From contig CABQAZ010000006.1 of assembly GCA_902462295.1 (NCBI GenBank), forward strand, positions 2,089 to 66,088: a stretch of DNA of 64,000 nucleotides, read 5' to 3'. This DNA is from an uncultured Clostridium sp. Lineage in GTDB: Bacteria; Bacillota; Clostridia; TANB77; CAG-508. Of the stretch, positions 39,010 to 48,723 are shown piece by piece. The position numbers and the translations under genes were made by a program. Below the pieces are notes generated by a model. The model was not told where the DNA came from and searched no databases. It saw nothing but the letters and a program-made list of their open reading frames with translations. Each line of letters starts with the position of its first letter. The stretch's first letter is position 1.

Positions 39010-41103
39010 TTGAAATCTAATAAAATTTTAAAAGCAATAAGTTATGTAGCATTATCAATATCAATAGTAACATTAATATTATCAATTATATGCATAGGAA
39101 TAAAAAATTCAGAATATTTAAATGAAGAAAAGTATTTAGAATCTGAGAGATTTGCATTTGATTATATAATGTCATTAAGAGATATAGCGGACAAGTTAAT
39201 ACATGATAATAGTTTATATAATAGTACAAAAGATGGAGATATTAGTATATATCATATATATAATTATGATTTAAATTGGAATAATTTGAAAATTATGAAT
39301 TTTTTGATTATTTATAAAAATAAAGCCATAACCAATGTTGAACTAAATACAATTAATGAAATAAAACAACATATTAATTCGGGAGATTCGAAAGATTCAG
39401 AAAAAGGGTATAAAAATGTCAATATTTTAGATGGAAAAATTCAAACAGATACGGAAAGTATAAGAAAATATGGAGAAAAATATTTAAGTAATTTTTTGAT
39501 TACATATTATACAACAGATACGAACAAAACAGACACAGTACTTACTGATGGTAGATATATAGAGTATATTTCAACAGATATAAATGATTTTGAAATATAT
39601 AGTTCATATACTGAAGAATTGTATATGAATTCTTCAAGACAAATGGCATTAAAGTTTGTAGATATTATGAAACCTATTTATAATAATGCTTATGTAATAT
39701 TTCCTGTTAGTTCAATATTAACAATATTATTGGTTATATATTTAGTGATAGTAATTGGATATGATGATAATGAAAATATAATAAAGATGAATAGTTTTGA
39801 CTATATCCCTATAGAAGTAATAAGCTTTTTTGCAATTCTTATTAGTTGCGTGCCATTTATAATGCTTGAAGTTGTAGAGAATGATTATAATGCAATAATT
39901 TCAATAGCAGTAACTGCATATTTTGTAATATATGTTTGTAGTACAATAACTATGACTACAATAATAAAAAGAATAAAAGCTAAAAAAGTGTTAAAGACAT
40001 CTATATCAGGAAAAATAATCCTTTTATGGTTAAAAGTTTGCAAAAAGTTGCTAAATAAAGTAAAAGATATATGGAGAACTATTACATATTCTGCCAGTAT
40101 AACGTCAAAAGTTATAATTTCTGCTAGTATAATAATTTTTATATGGATTGTAATTTTATTATTATTTGGTGAAAATAATATGTTTCCTTTATTAATAGTT
40201 GCACTTATAGGTTTTATAATATATAAAATTATAAAAATATTGAAAGAATGCTCACAAATAGAAAATAAATTAAAGGAAATATATGATGGAAATAATAAAA
40301 ATCAATTAAATATAAATGAATTTACTATGCCATTTAAAAAAGCAGTTACATATTTAAATGATATTTCAAATGGATTTGAAAATGCTGTTCAAGAAAGAAT
40401 GAAAAGTGAAAAGATGAAAGCAGAGTTAATAACAAATGTTTCCCATGATATAAAAACGCCATTGACATCTATTATCAATTATGTTAATTTACTAAAACAA
40501 GAAAACATACAAAATAAACAAGCTGAAGAATATATAGAAATATTAGATAATAAATCACAAAGGTTGAAAAAATTAACCGAAGATTTAGTAGAAGCATCTA
40601 AAATATCTACAGGAAATATATCTTTAAAATTGGAAAAAATTAATGTGGTGGAGCTTATAAAACAAGCAACAGGTGAATTTGGAGATAAGTTTCAAAAGAA
40701 AGGATTAGAAATAATAATAAATTCAGAAGAAAATGATATTTGTATTATGGCAGATAGTAGATATATGTATAGAATTATAGATAATTTATACAGTAATATA
40801 TCAAAATATGCATTAGAAAATTCAAGAGTGTATGTTGATATAAAAAAATTGCCCCTAAAATACCCGGTCCCAGAGGTGCAAAATATTATTATAGAAATTA
40901 AAAATATATCAAAGGAAAAACTTAATATCTCTGCAGAAGAACTAATGCAAAGGTTTGTTAGAGGAGATAAATCTAGAACAACTGAGGGAAGCGGACTAGG
41001 AATTTCTATTGCACAAAATTTAACAGAATTGCAAAATGGAAAGTTTGAGTTAAAACTTGATGGAGATTTATTTAAAGTTAAAATGATTTTTGAGAAGATT
41101 TAG
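39010..41103 (+). CDS. Sensor histidine kinase (large N-terminal sensor, multiple TM)
   Basis: H-box ELITNVSHDIKTPLTSI, N-box IDNLYSNISKYA, G-box GSGLGISIA. TTG start after AAAAGGAGG. Confidence 0.85.
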   Translation: MKSNKILKAISYVALSISIVTLILSIICIGIKNSEYLNEEKYLESERFAFDYIMSLRDIADKLIHDNSLYNSTKDGDISIYHIYNYDLNWNNLKIMNFLIIYKNKAITNVELNTINEIKQHINSGDSKDSEKGYKNVNILDGKIQTDTESIRKYGEKYLSNFLITYYTTDTNKTDTVLTDGRYIEYISTDINDFEIYSSYTEELYMNSSRQMALKFVDIMKPIYNNAYVIFPVSSILTILLVIYLVIVIGYDDNENIIKMNSFDYIPIEVISFFAILISCVPFIMLEVVENDYNAIISIAVTAYFVIYVCSTITMTTIIKRIKAKKVLKTSISGKIILLWLKVCKKLLNKVKDIWRTITYSASITSKVIISASIIIFIWIVILLLFGENNMFPLLIVALIGFIIYKIIKILKECSQIENKLKEIYDGNNKNQLNINEFTMPFKKAVTYLNDISNGFENAVQERMKSEKMKAELITNVSHDIKTPLTSIINYVNLLKQENIQNKQAEEYIEILDNKSQRLKKLTEDLVEASKISTGNISLKLEKINVVELIKQATGEFGDKFQKKGLEIIINSEENDICIMADSRYMYRIIDNLYSNISKYALENSRVYVDIKKLPLKYPVPEVQNIIIEIKNISKEKLNISAEELMQRFVRGDKSRTTEGSGLGISIAQNLTELQNGKFELKLDGDLFKVKMIFEKI
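40853..40884 (+). repeat. Fourth copy of the GC-rich repeat, in frame inside the kinase ATP-binding domain
   Basis: CCCCTAAAATACCCGGTCCCAGAGGTGCAAAAT encodes PLKYPVPEVQN between the N-box and the IIIEIKNIS strand. Confidence 0.85.
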
Positions 41104-41119
41104 TAAAGAGGAACAAAAT

Positions 41120-41759
41120 ATGAGGAAAAATTTAAAAATTTTAATAATAATAGTAACTTTTATAATAATAGGTGTTATAATAATAGGAGTTTTTATAAAT
41201 AATAATAATAAAATTATTGTGTGTATAGATGCTCGGACATGGTGGAACAGATGTTGGAGCGTCTAATGATAATAGATATGAAAAAGATGATACTTTGAAA
41301 GTTGCAAATATTGTACGTAAATATCTTGAGTCAAAAAACATAAAGGTTGTTATGACTAGAGATAATGATAAAACACTTACATTGCATGAGAGATGTAAAA
41401 TTGCAAATAAGAAAAAGGCTGATGCATTTGTTTCTATACATAGAAATAGTGCTGATACAGGAAGTGGAGTTGAATCATGGATTAATAGCAGACAAAGTCA
41501 AGATGATATAAATTTAGCAACGAATATTATGAATTACATATGTAAAACTAAAATTCAAAATAATAGAGGAATTAAATATGGAACAATAAAAGGGGAAGAT
41601 ACAGATTATTATGTTTTAAATAATACTAAGATGCCAAGTTGTTTAATAGAGTTAGGGTTTATTTCAGATGAGAAAGATAATGAATTGTTCGATGAAAATA
41701 TAGAAGATTATTCTAAAGCGATTGCAGATGGTATTATAGAAACTATAAATAATAGATAA
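41120..41759 (+). pseudogene. N-acetylmuramoyl-L-alanine amidase (Amidase_3) with +1 frameshift after the membrane anchor
   Basis: MRKNLKILIIIVTFIIIGVIIIGVFINNNNKIIVCIDA in one frame and GHGGTDVGAS... in the next. There is an extra C near 41232-41234. Confidence 0.7.
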
Positions 41760-41774
41760 AGAAAGGATTATGAA

Positions 41775-42497
41775 ATGAACAATAAAAATAAAAAAATAAA
41801 AATAGTAAAAATCGTTGTATTTATAATAACTATACTTCTCATGATAGGAATGACAATATATTTGTTTCCTTTAATGAAAAATTTATCTACTTATGAGGGA
41901 CAAATAGAATTTAAAGAAAAAGTGAATAACTCTGGAATATATGGATTTTTATCATTGCTTGGATTACAATTTGCACAAATATTTTTAGTTGTATTACCTG
42001 GTGAACCCCTAGAAATACTAGCTGGAATGTGTTATGGAGCAATAGGAGGTGCTTTGTTTATATTATTTTCTGTTGCACTAACAACGGCTATAATTTTCTG
42101 GATAACTAGAAAAGTTGGAAAAGAACTATTATATGATTCATTTGGAAAAGAAAAAATAGATAAAATTGAAAAAAGTAAAGTTTTTCAAAATCCTCAAAAT
42201 CTGGAATTTATATTTGCTATTTGTTTTGCGGTTGTTGGAACACCAAAAGATTTACTTACTTATATAGGTGCATTATTTCCAATAAAACCATCACGATTTA
42301 TTATTATTGCTACACTATGTAGATTTCCATCTATTGTATCATCAACTATAGTTGGACAATATTTCTCTAAAGGAAATTGGAAAGTAAGTATAATTGTATA
42401 TTTAATAACTTTTATTTTAACATTTTTAATTATTGCTTTAGTTAAATTTTTTGATAAGGAAAAAATTGCGGAAAAAGCATTGAAAGAATTGAAATAA
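41775..42497 (+). CDS. TVP38/TMEM64 (DedA-related) family membrane protein
   Basis: Polytopic, with LPGEPLEILAGMCYG signature-like segment. Confidence 0.7.
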   Translation: MNNKNKKIKIVKIVVFIITILLMIGMTIYLFPLMKNLSTYEGQIEFKEKVNNSGIYGFLSLLGLQFAQIFLVVLPGEPLEILAGMCYGAIGGALFILFSVALTTAIIFWITRKVGKELLYDSFGKEKIDKIEKSKVFQNPQNLEFIFAICFAVVGTPKDLLTYIGALFPIKPSRFIIIATLCRFPSIVSSTIVGQYFSKGNWKVSIIVYLITFILTFLIIALVKFFDKEKIAEKALKELK

Positions 42498-42629
42498 AGT
42501 GTTGACTAAGGAGGAAAATGTGTGATAAAATTATAAAAGTATAAGTAAAAACTTATTTTATATATAGTAACCTTCATGTTTTCACCAAAGGTGTTATCAT
42601 AGATTAAAAAATTTTAGGAGGAATTATTT

Positions 42630-42977
42630 ATGGCAGTAGATAATCTGAGTATTATACTTTTATTTCCAACATTTACTATTATGATTTTATTATTAATGTA
42701 TTACGATATTCGGATGGAATATATGACTCATATGATATTTATATATTATAAAAAAGAGTTTAAATATTTAGAAAAACTAAGAGAAGAATTATATAAATTG
42801 TATTTTGGTGGAGAAAAATCGAAAATAGAAAAGCTAGACAAAGAAAAAGAAATAGAAAGATTAGCTAATAAAATAATAAAATCAGGAGATTTGTATTTAA
42901 AGAAAAAATGGTTTGACCAAGAAAAAGAAAAAGAAATAAAAGAAATAGTAGAATATACAAAAGAGATATTATTATAA
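42630..42977 (+). CDS. Hypothetical small membrane protein
   Basis: One N-terminal TM, then a Lys/Glu-rich tail. Hairpin terminator at about 42990-43014. Confidence 0.45.
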   Translation: MAVDNLSIILLFPTFTIMILLLMYYDIRMEYMTHMIFIYYKKEFKYLEKLREELYKLYFGGEKSKIEKLDKEKEIERLANKIIKSGDLYLKKKWFDQEKEKEIKEIVEYTKEILL

Positions 42978-43110
42978 TAATTAAAGAAAAAGGGACTAAG
43001 CAAGTCCTTTTTTCTGCTTTATTACTAAAAATATCAAAAATAATTGCCAAAAAAAAGAGAATATGGTATAATATGATAGTATTTAAGCGAATTTGAAAGG
43101 AGTTGTACCA

Positions 43111-44331
43111 ATGACATTAGTAGAAGATTTAAAATGGAGAGGACTAATAAAAGATATATCAAGTCCAGAATTGGAAGAAAAATTAAACAAAGGTGGTTTA
43201 AAGTTTTATATAGGAACAGACCCAACAGCAGACAGCTTACATGTAGGACATTTATCAAGTTTTTTAATTTCTAAAAGATTAAAAGAAGCAGGTCATCATC
43301 CAATTCTTTTAGTAGGTGGAGGAACAGGAATGATAGGAGACCCAAGACCTACAACAGAAAGAGCTATGATAAGCAAAGAACAAGTTAAACACAATTTTGA
43401 AAGCTTAAAAGCTCAAGTAGAAAAAATATTTGGATTTGAAGTAGTAAACAATAATGATTGGTATCAAGATATAAATGTAATAGATTTTTTAAGAGATTAC
43501 GGAAAATATTTTAATGTTAATTATATGTTAGATAAAGACATTATAAGAAGAAGACTAGATACAGGAATTACATATACAGAATTTTCATATATGATATTAC
43601 AAGCACTAGATTTTAAACATTTACATGAATTCAAAGGAGTAGATTTACAATGTGCAGGTTCAGACCAATGGGGAAACATTACAGCAGGAATAGACTTAAT
43701 AAGAAGGTCAACAGGTGATGAAGTATATGGATTTACAATGCCATTAGTAACAGACTCACAAGGAAAGAAATTTGGAAAAAGTGAAGGAAATGCCTTATGG
43801 CTTGATAAAACTAAAACCTCAAGTTATAAACTATATCAATTTTTTGTAAATGTAGAAGATAGTATGGTAATAGATTATTTAAAAATATATACATTTTTAT
43901 CAAAAGAAGAAATTGAAGAATATGAAAAGAAGAACAATGAACATCCTGAATTAAGAGAAGCACATAAAGCTTTGGCAAGAGAAATAATAACATTTTTACA
44001 TGGAAAAGAAGAATATGAAAGAGCAGAAAAATTGGCACAAAATTTATTTAACAATGAATTTAAAAATCTAACAAAACAAGACATTACAGATTTATTTGAT
44101 GAACAAGATATCAAAGAAGTAGAAAGCAATATGGGATTAGTTGATATGTTAGTAAAAGTTGGAACTGCTTCTAGCAAAAGAGAAGCAAGAGAATTTATAC
44201 AAAGTGGAGCTATTTCGATAAATGGAGAAAAAGTTACAGATGTAACAACAATAATAGACGATATGTTTATAGATAATACATATATAATTATAAAAAGAGG
44301 TAAGAAAAATTACTATGTAGGTAGAAAATAA
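43111..44331 (+). CDS. tyrS: Tyrosine--tRNA ligase
   Basis: HVGHL (HIGH), KFGKS (KMSKS) and a C-terminal S4-like domain. TTGCCA-17-TGgTATAAT promoter at 43044-43072. Confidence 0.95.
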   Translation: MTLVEDLKWRGLIKDISSPELEEKLNKGGLKFYIGTDPTADSLHVGHLSSFLISKRLKEAGHHPILLVGGGTGMIGDPRPTTERAMISKEQVKHNFESLKAQVEKIFGFEVVNNNDWYQDINVIDFLRDYGKYFNVNYMLDKDIIRRRLDTGITYTEFSYMILQALDFKHLHEFKGVDLQCAGSDQWGNITAGIDLIRRSTGDEVYGFTMPLVTDSQGKKFGKSEGNALWLDKTKTSSYKLYQFFVNVEDSMVIDYLKIYTFLSKEEIEEYEKKNNEHPELREAHKALAREIITFLHGKEEYERAEKLAQNLFNNEFKNLTKQDITDLFDEQDIKEVESNMGLVDMLVKVGTASSKREAREFIQSGAISINGEKVTDVTTIIDDMFIDNTYIIIKRGKKNYYVGRK

Positions 44332-44344
44332 AATATATATAAAT

Positions 44345-44470
44345 AAAAGGAGTGTGAGGAAAATGAGTGAGGAACCGCAAGAAAATCCAAAGCTGAAAAT
44401 GGATAAAAACTTGATATATCAAAAAATAATGCAAGGTTCTGTGCTCATTTTTTGATACGTTATTTTTTAA
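44345..44470 (+). promoter_or_regulatory. Candidate structured leader of mgtE (weak M-box resemblance)
   Basis: AGTGAGGAACC, TCCAAAGCTGAAAATGGA and TAATGCAAG loosely match conserved M-box segments, followed by GTGCTCATTTTTT. Shorter than a canonical M-box. Confidence 0.3.
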
Positions 44471-44502
44471 TCCATTTCTAAAAATAAATAAGGGGGAAAG
44501 AA

Positions 44503-45840
44503 ATGGAAATAGAAGAAATAAAAGAATTAGTAGAAAATAAGAAATTCACACAATTAAAAAACAAGCTAAAAGAAATGAATAGTGCTGATATTTCAGAAAT
44601 ATTAGATGAACTAGAAGATAAAGAAAGTGTAATAATAGTATTTAGATTACTTGCAAAAGAAAAAGCAGGTGAAACATTTTCTCATATGGAATCAGATATG
44701 AGAGAAAAACTAATACAAGATTTAACAGATACAGAGTTAAAAAACGTATTAGATGAATTATTTATGGATGATACAGTAGACTTAATAGAAGAAATGCCAT
44801 CAAATGTTGTTCCTAAAATCTTAAAAGCAATTTCACATGATGACAGAAAAATTATAAATGAATTACTAAAATATCCAGACGATAGTGCTGGAAGTATAAT
44901 GACAACAGAATTTATAGACTTAAAAGAAAATATGACAGTTGAAGAAGCTTTAAAAAGAATAAGAAAAATTGCAGTAGATTCAGAAACAATATATACATGT
45001 TATGTTTTAGACGAAAAAAGAATATTAAAAGGAATTATAAATATAAAAGATATATTGTTAGGAGAAAGAGAAGTAAAAATAGGAACATTAATGGAAACTA
45101 ATATAATATCTGTAAATACTTTAGAAGACCAAGAGGATGTAGCAAAAAAATTTGATAAATATGATTTCTATGCATTGCCTGTAGTAGATTATGAAAATAG
45201 ATTAGTAGGAATTATAACAGTTGATGACGCTATTAATGTTATACAAGATGAAGTATCAGAAGATTTTGAAAAAATGGCAGCCATAACACCTACAGAAGAG
45301 GGATATTTTCAAACATCAGTATTTAAACATGCAAAAAGTAGGATATTATGGTTATTAATATTAATGTTATCATCAGCACTTACGGGTAATATATTAACTA
45401 AATATGAGGATGCATTTGCTGTAGTGCCAATATTAGTTTCATTTATCCCTATGATAATGGGAACTGGAGGAAATTGTGGTTCACAAAGTTCAACACTTAT
45501 AATTCGTGGACTTGCCACAGACGAAATAAAATTAAAAGATGTATTCAGAGTACTTTGGAAAGAAATTAGAGTTGCAATAGTTGTTGGAATTGCTTTAGCT
45601 ATTGTAAATACAATAAGAATAATGATTCAATATCACAATATACAACTTGCAATCGTTCTTGGAATAACTTTAATTGCTACAGTTGTTGTTTCTAAAGTAA
45701 TAGGCTGTACATTACCTTTACTTGCTAAAAGATTAAAATTAGACCCTGCAATTATGGCAGCACCATTAATTACAACAGTTGTTGATGTGTGTTCAATATT
45801 AGTGTATTTTCAAGTTGCAACACATATTATGGGACTTTAA
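44503..45840 (+). CDS. mgtE: Magnesium transporter MgtE (copy 1)
   Basis: N-domain, tandem CBS and TM domain (GGNCGSQSSTLIIRGLAT). Confidence 0.9.
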   Translation: MEIEEIKELVENKKFTQLKNKLKEMNSADISEILDELEDKESVIIVFRLLAKEKAGETFSHMESDMREKLIQDLTDTELKNVLDELFMDDTVDLIEEMPSNVVPKILKAISHDDRKIINELLKYPDDSAGSIMTTEFIDLKENMTVEEALKRIRKIAVDSETIYTCYVLDEKRILKGIINIKDILLGEREVKIGTLMETNIISVNTLEDQEDVAKKFDKYDFYALPVVDYENRLVGIITVDDAINVIQDEVSEDFEKMAAITPTEEGYFQTSVFKHAKSRILWLLILMLSSALTGNILTKYEDAFAVVPILVSFIPMIMGTGGNCGSQSSTLIIRGLATDEIKLKDVFRVLWKEIRVAIVVGIALAIVNTIRIMIQYHNIQLAIVLGITLIATVVVSKVIGCTLPLLAKRLKLDPAIMAAPLITTVVDVCSILVYFQVATHIMGL

Positions 45841-45862
45841 AATGATTGGAGGGTGATAAAAA

Positions 45863-47197
45863 ATGAATATAGAAGAAATAAGAGAATTAATAGAAAATAA
45901 ACAATTTACAAAATTAAAAAAAGAAATTAAAGAAATGAAAAGTGCAGATGTCTCAATGATATTGGATGAGCTTGATAAAGAACAGGCAGTTATTGTATTT
46001 AGATTACTATCAAAAGAAAAAGCAGGAATGGCATTCTCATATATGGAAACAGACATGAGAGAAAAGTTAATAAAAGATTTAACAGATACAGAATTAAAAA
46101 ATGTATTAGATGAATTATTTATGGATGATACGGTAGATTTAATAGAAGAAATGCCATCAAATGTGGTAACTAGAATTTTAAGAAATGTAGATAAAAATGA
46201 TAGAAAAATAATAAATGAATTATTAAAATATCCAGATGATAGTGCTGGAAGTATAATGACAACAGAATTTATAGATTTAAAAGAAAATATGACAATAGAA
46301 CAAGCTTTAGATAGAATACGTAAAATAGGAACAGATTCAGAAACAATATATACATGTTATGTTTTAAATCAAAATAGAAAATTACAAGGAATTATAAGTA
46401 TAAAAGAACTATTATTAGCTAAGGAAGATAGTTTGATTTCTGATAATATGGAAACTAATATAATATCTGTAAATACTTTAGAAGATAAAGAAGAAGTAGC
46501 AAAGAAATTTGATAAATATGATTTATATGCTTTGCCTGTGGTTGATAAAGAAAATAGATTAGTTGGAATAGTAACAGTTGATGATGCTATAAATGTATTA
46601 CAAGATGAAGCAGAAGAGGATTTCGAGAAAATGGCAGCCATGGCACCAACAGAAGAAAGTTATTTTGAAACATCAGTGTTTAAACATGCAAAAAATAGGA
46701 TTGTATGGTTATTAGTATTAATGCTATCATCAGCAATAACGGGAACAATTATAACAAATTATGAAAATGCATTTGCAACAGTACCATTGTTAGTAGCATT
46801 TATACCAATGTTAATGGACACTGGTGGTAACTGTGGCTCACAGAGTTCAACATTAATAATAAGAGGTCTCGCGACTGATGAACTTGAAGTAAAAGATGTG
46901 TTTAAAATTTTATGGAAAGAAGTAAGAATAGCCGTCTTAGTAGGATTATCATTAACACTTATTAATGGACTTAGAATTTTTGCACAGTATAAAAATTTAC
47001 AACTTGCATGTACAGTTGGATTAAGTATAACTGTTACTGTTATATTATCTAAATCGATTGGTTGTTTATTACCTTTACTTGCTAAAAAACTAAAATTAGA
47101 CCCAGCAATTATGGCTGCACCTTTGATTACTACTATTGTTGATATTCTTTCTGTATTGGTATATTTTAATATTGCTACAGCAATTATGGGGATTTAA
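45863..47197 (+). CDS. mgtE: Magnesium transporter MgtE (copy 2, tandem paralogue)
   Basis: Collinear with copy 1 and shares long identical stretches (LTDTELKNVLDELFMDDTVDLIEEMPSNVV). Confidence 0.9.
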   Translation: MNIEEIRELIENKQFTKLKKEIKEMKSADVSMILDELDKEQAVIVFRLLSKEKAGMAFSYMETDMREKLIKDLTDTELKNVLDELFMDDTVDLIEEMPSNVVTRILRNVDKNDRKIINELLKYPDDSAGSIMTTEFIDLKENMTIEQALDRIRKIGTDSETIYTCYVLNQNRKLQGIISIKELLLAKEDSLISDNMETNIISVNTLEDKEEVAKKFDKYDLYALPVVDKENRLVGIVTVDDAINVLQDEAEEDFEKMAAMAPTEESYFETSVFKHAKNRIVWLLVLMLSSAITGTIITNYENAFATVPLLVAFIPMLMDTGGNCGSQSSTLIIRGLATDELEVKDVFKILWKEVRIAVLVGLSLTLINGLRIFAQYKNLQLACTVGLSITVTVILSKSIGCLLPLLAKKLKLDPAIMAAPLITTIVDILSVLVYFNIATAIMGI

Positions 47198-47452
47198 AGT
47201 TACAAAATATTATAAGTTTTGAAAAAATTAACATAAATGTATTGACAAAAATTTGATATTTTAGTACAATAAAAAATATATTTAAGAGTATATCTAAGAA
47301 ATAAATAAATTTTGAGCGATATAGGATAACCAAAAAGCATAGACGGTTATTTACACGATGTATAGATTTTAAAAGTCTTGCAAAGGAGTCTTAATAAGAG
47401 ATTTCTTTGTGAGGCTTTTTTATATAAAATGAAATGAAATGAGGTGAAAACA

Positions 47453-48016
47453 ATGCCAAAGTTTATGATGATAGTTGGACCACAAGCAGTAGGAAAAATG
47501 ACTGTTGGACAAGAATTATCGGAAATAACAAATTTTAAATTATTACATAATCATATGACAATAGAATTATTAACTAAAATATTTGATTATAGTAAAGAGT
47601 CTTATACAAAACTTAATTTAGATTTTAGAACACAAATATTTGAAGAATTTTCAAAAAGTAATGAATATGGAATAATTTTTACTTGTTGCTTTGATTTTGA
47701 TGTTAAAGAAGAATGGGAAATAATTGAAAAATGGAGAAATATTTTTAAAGAAAAAGGTGGAGAATGTTATTTTGTTGAATTAGAAACGACTTTAGAAGAA
47801 AGATTACGAAGGAATAAAACAAATAATAGGTTAAGCCATAAACCATCAAAAAGAGATTTGGAGTGGAGCGAAAATGATATTATAGAATCTATGGAAAAAC
47901 ATAGACTAAATTCTTATCCTAATGAAATACAATTTGAAAATTATTATAGAATTGATAATACTAATATATCAGCAGAAGAAACTGCAAAATTAATAAAAGA
48001 AAAATTTGATTTATAG
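47453..48016 (+). CDS. P-loop kinase-like protein
   Basis: Walker A GPQAVGKMT. Small nucleotide/small-molecule kinase size. ATG 47453 follows GAGGTG. Confidence 0.55.
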   Translation: MPKFMMIVGPQAVGKMTVGQELSEITNFKLLHNHMTIELLTKIFDYSKESYTKLNLDFRTQIFEEFSKSNEYGIIFTCCFDFDVKEEWEIIEKWRNIFKEKGGECYFVELETTLEERLRRNKTNNRLSHKPSKRDLEWSENDIIESMEKHRLNSYPNEIQFENYYRIDNTNISAEETAKLIKEKFDL

Positions 48017-48032
48017 AAAGAAGGAATTATAT

Positions 48033-48605
48033 ATGAAATATTGCAAAAAATTAATAGGAGATAGAATATATTTATCTCCAAAAGGCTCATCTGAAGAAGA
48101 AATAGAAAAATTTACAGAATGGATGAATGATTTTCAAGTAACAGATTATACAGGAAGAACTAGCCAAATAATAACATACACTGGTGAAAAAGAATATCTT
48201 GAAAATGCAGAAAAGAATAAAAATAATAGAACATTTAATATAGTTAATTTAGAAGATGAAAAATTAATAGGTACAGTTGGATTAGAAAATATTAATTGGG
48301 TTAAAAGAAGTGCTGTATTGGGTATTTTTATAGGAGACAAAGATTTTAGAAGTAATGGATATGGAACAGAGTCTATAAGACTTTTATTAGAATATGGTTT
48401 TAGATATTTAAATTTACATAGTATAAGATTAGATTTATTATCAATTAATGAAAGAGCTCATAAATGTTATCTAAAATGTGGTTTTAAGGATACTGGAGCA
48501 AGTCGTGAAGAAATATTTTTAAATGGTAAGTATTATGATAAACTACATATGGATATACTTGAAAGTGAATTTGATGGGGATTATATTAGGAATAAAAATA
48601 TATAA
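48033..48605 (+). CDS. GNAT family N-acetyltransferase (RimJ/RimL-like)
   Basis: RSNGYGTESIRLLLEYGF (acetyl-CoA motif A) and KCGFKDTG. Confidence 0.8.
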   Translation: MKYCKKLIGDRIYLSPKGSSEEEIEKFTEWMNDFQVTDYTGRTSQIITYTGEKEYLENAEKNKNNRTFNIVNLEDEKLIGTVGLENINWVKRSAVLGIFIGDKDFRSNGYGTESIRLLLEYGFRYLNLHSIRLDLLSINERAHKCYLKCGFKDTGASREEIFLNGKYYDKLHMDILESEFDGDYIRNKNI

Positions 48606-48651
48606 TTAAAAGTGAAATTCAGAAATGTAAATATAAAAAATTTGTGAAAAA

Positions 48652-48694
48652 CTAGCACTCTCTTATTGACATTGCTAAAATATAGATATATAAT
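48652..48694 (+). promoter_or_regulatory. CIRCE-like operator overlapping the htpG promoter
   Basis: CTAGCACTC-N9-CATTGCTAA (48652-48678). TTGACA (48666), 17 bp, TATAAT (48689). Same geometry as at clpB. Confidence 0.7.
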
Positions 48695-48723
48695 AAGCAA
48701 TAGAAAAGGAGAGTGTATTTATT

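Noticed and set aside
41141-41341. 66-aa minus-strand ORF rich in Tyr/Asn/Ile.
   Set aside because: Antisense to the amidase signal-anchor region, with AT-rich low complexity.
42980-43110. T-box leader expected upstream of tyrS; also checked upstream of the MetRS-like gene (54920-55139) and hisS (60021-60203).
   Set aside because: The leaders are too short (tyrS about 40 nt from the -10). No T-box sequence (AATTAGGGTGGTACCGCG-like) or specifier-loop architecture was seen.
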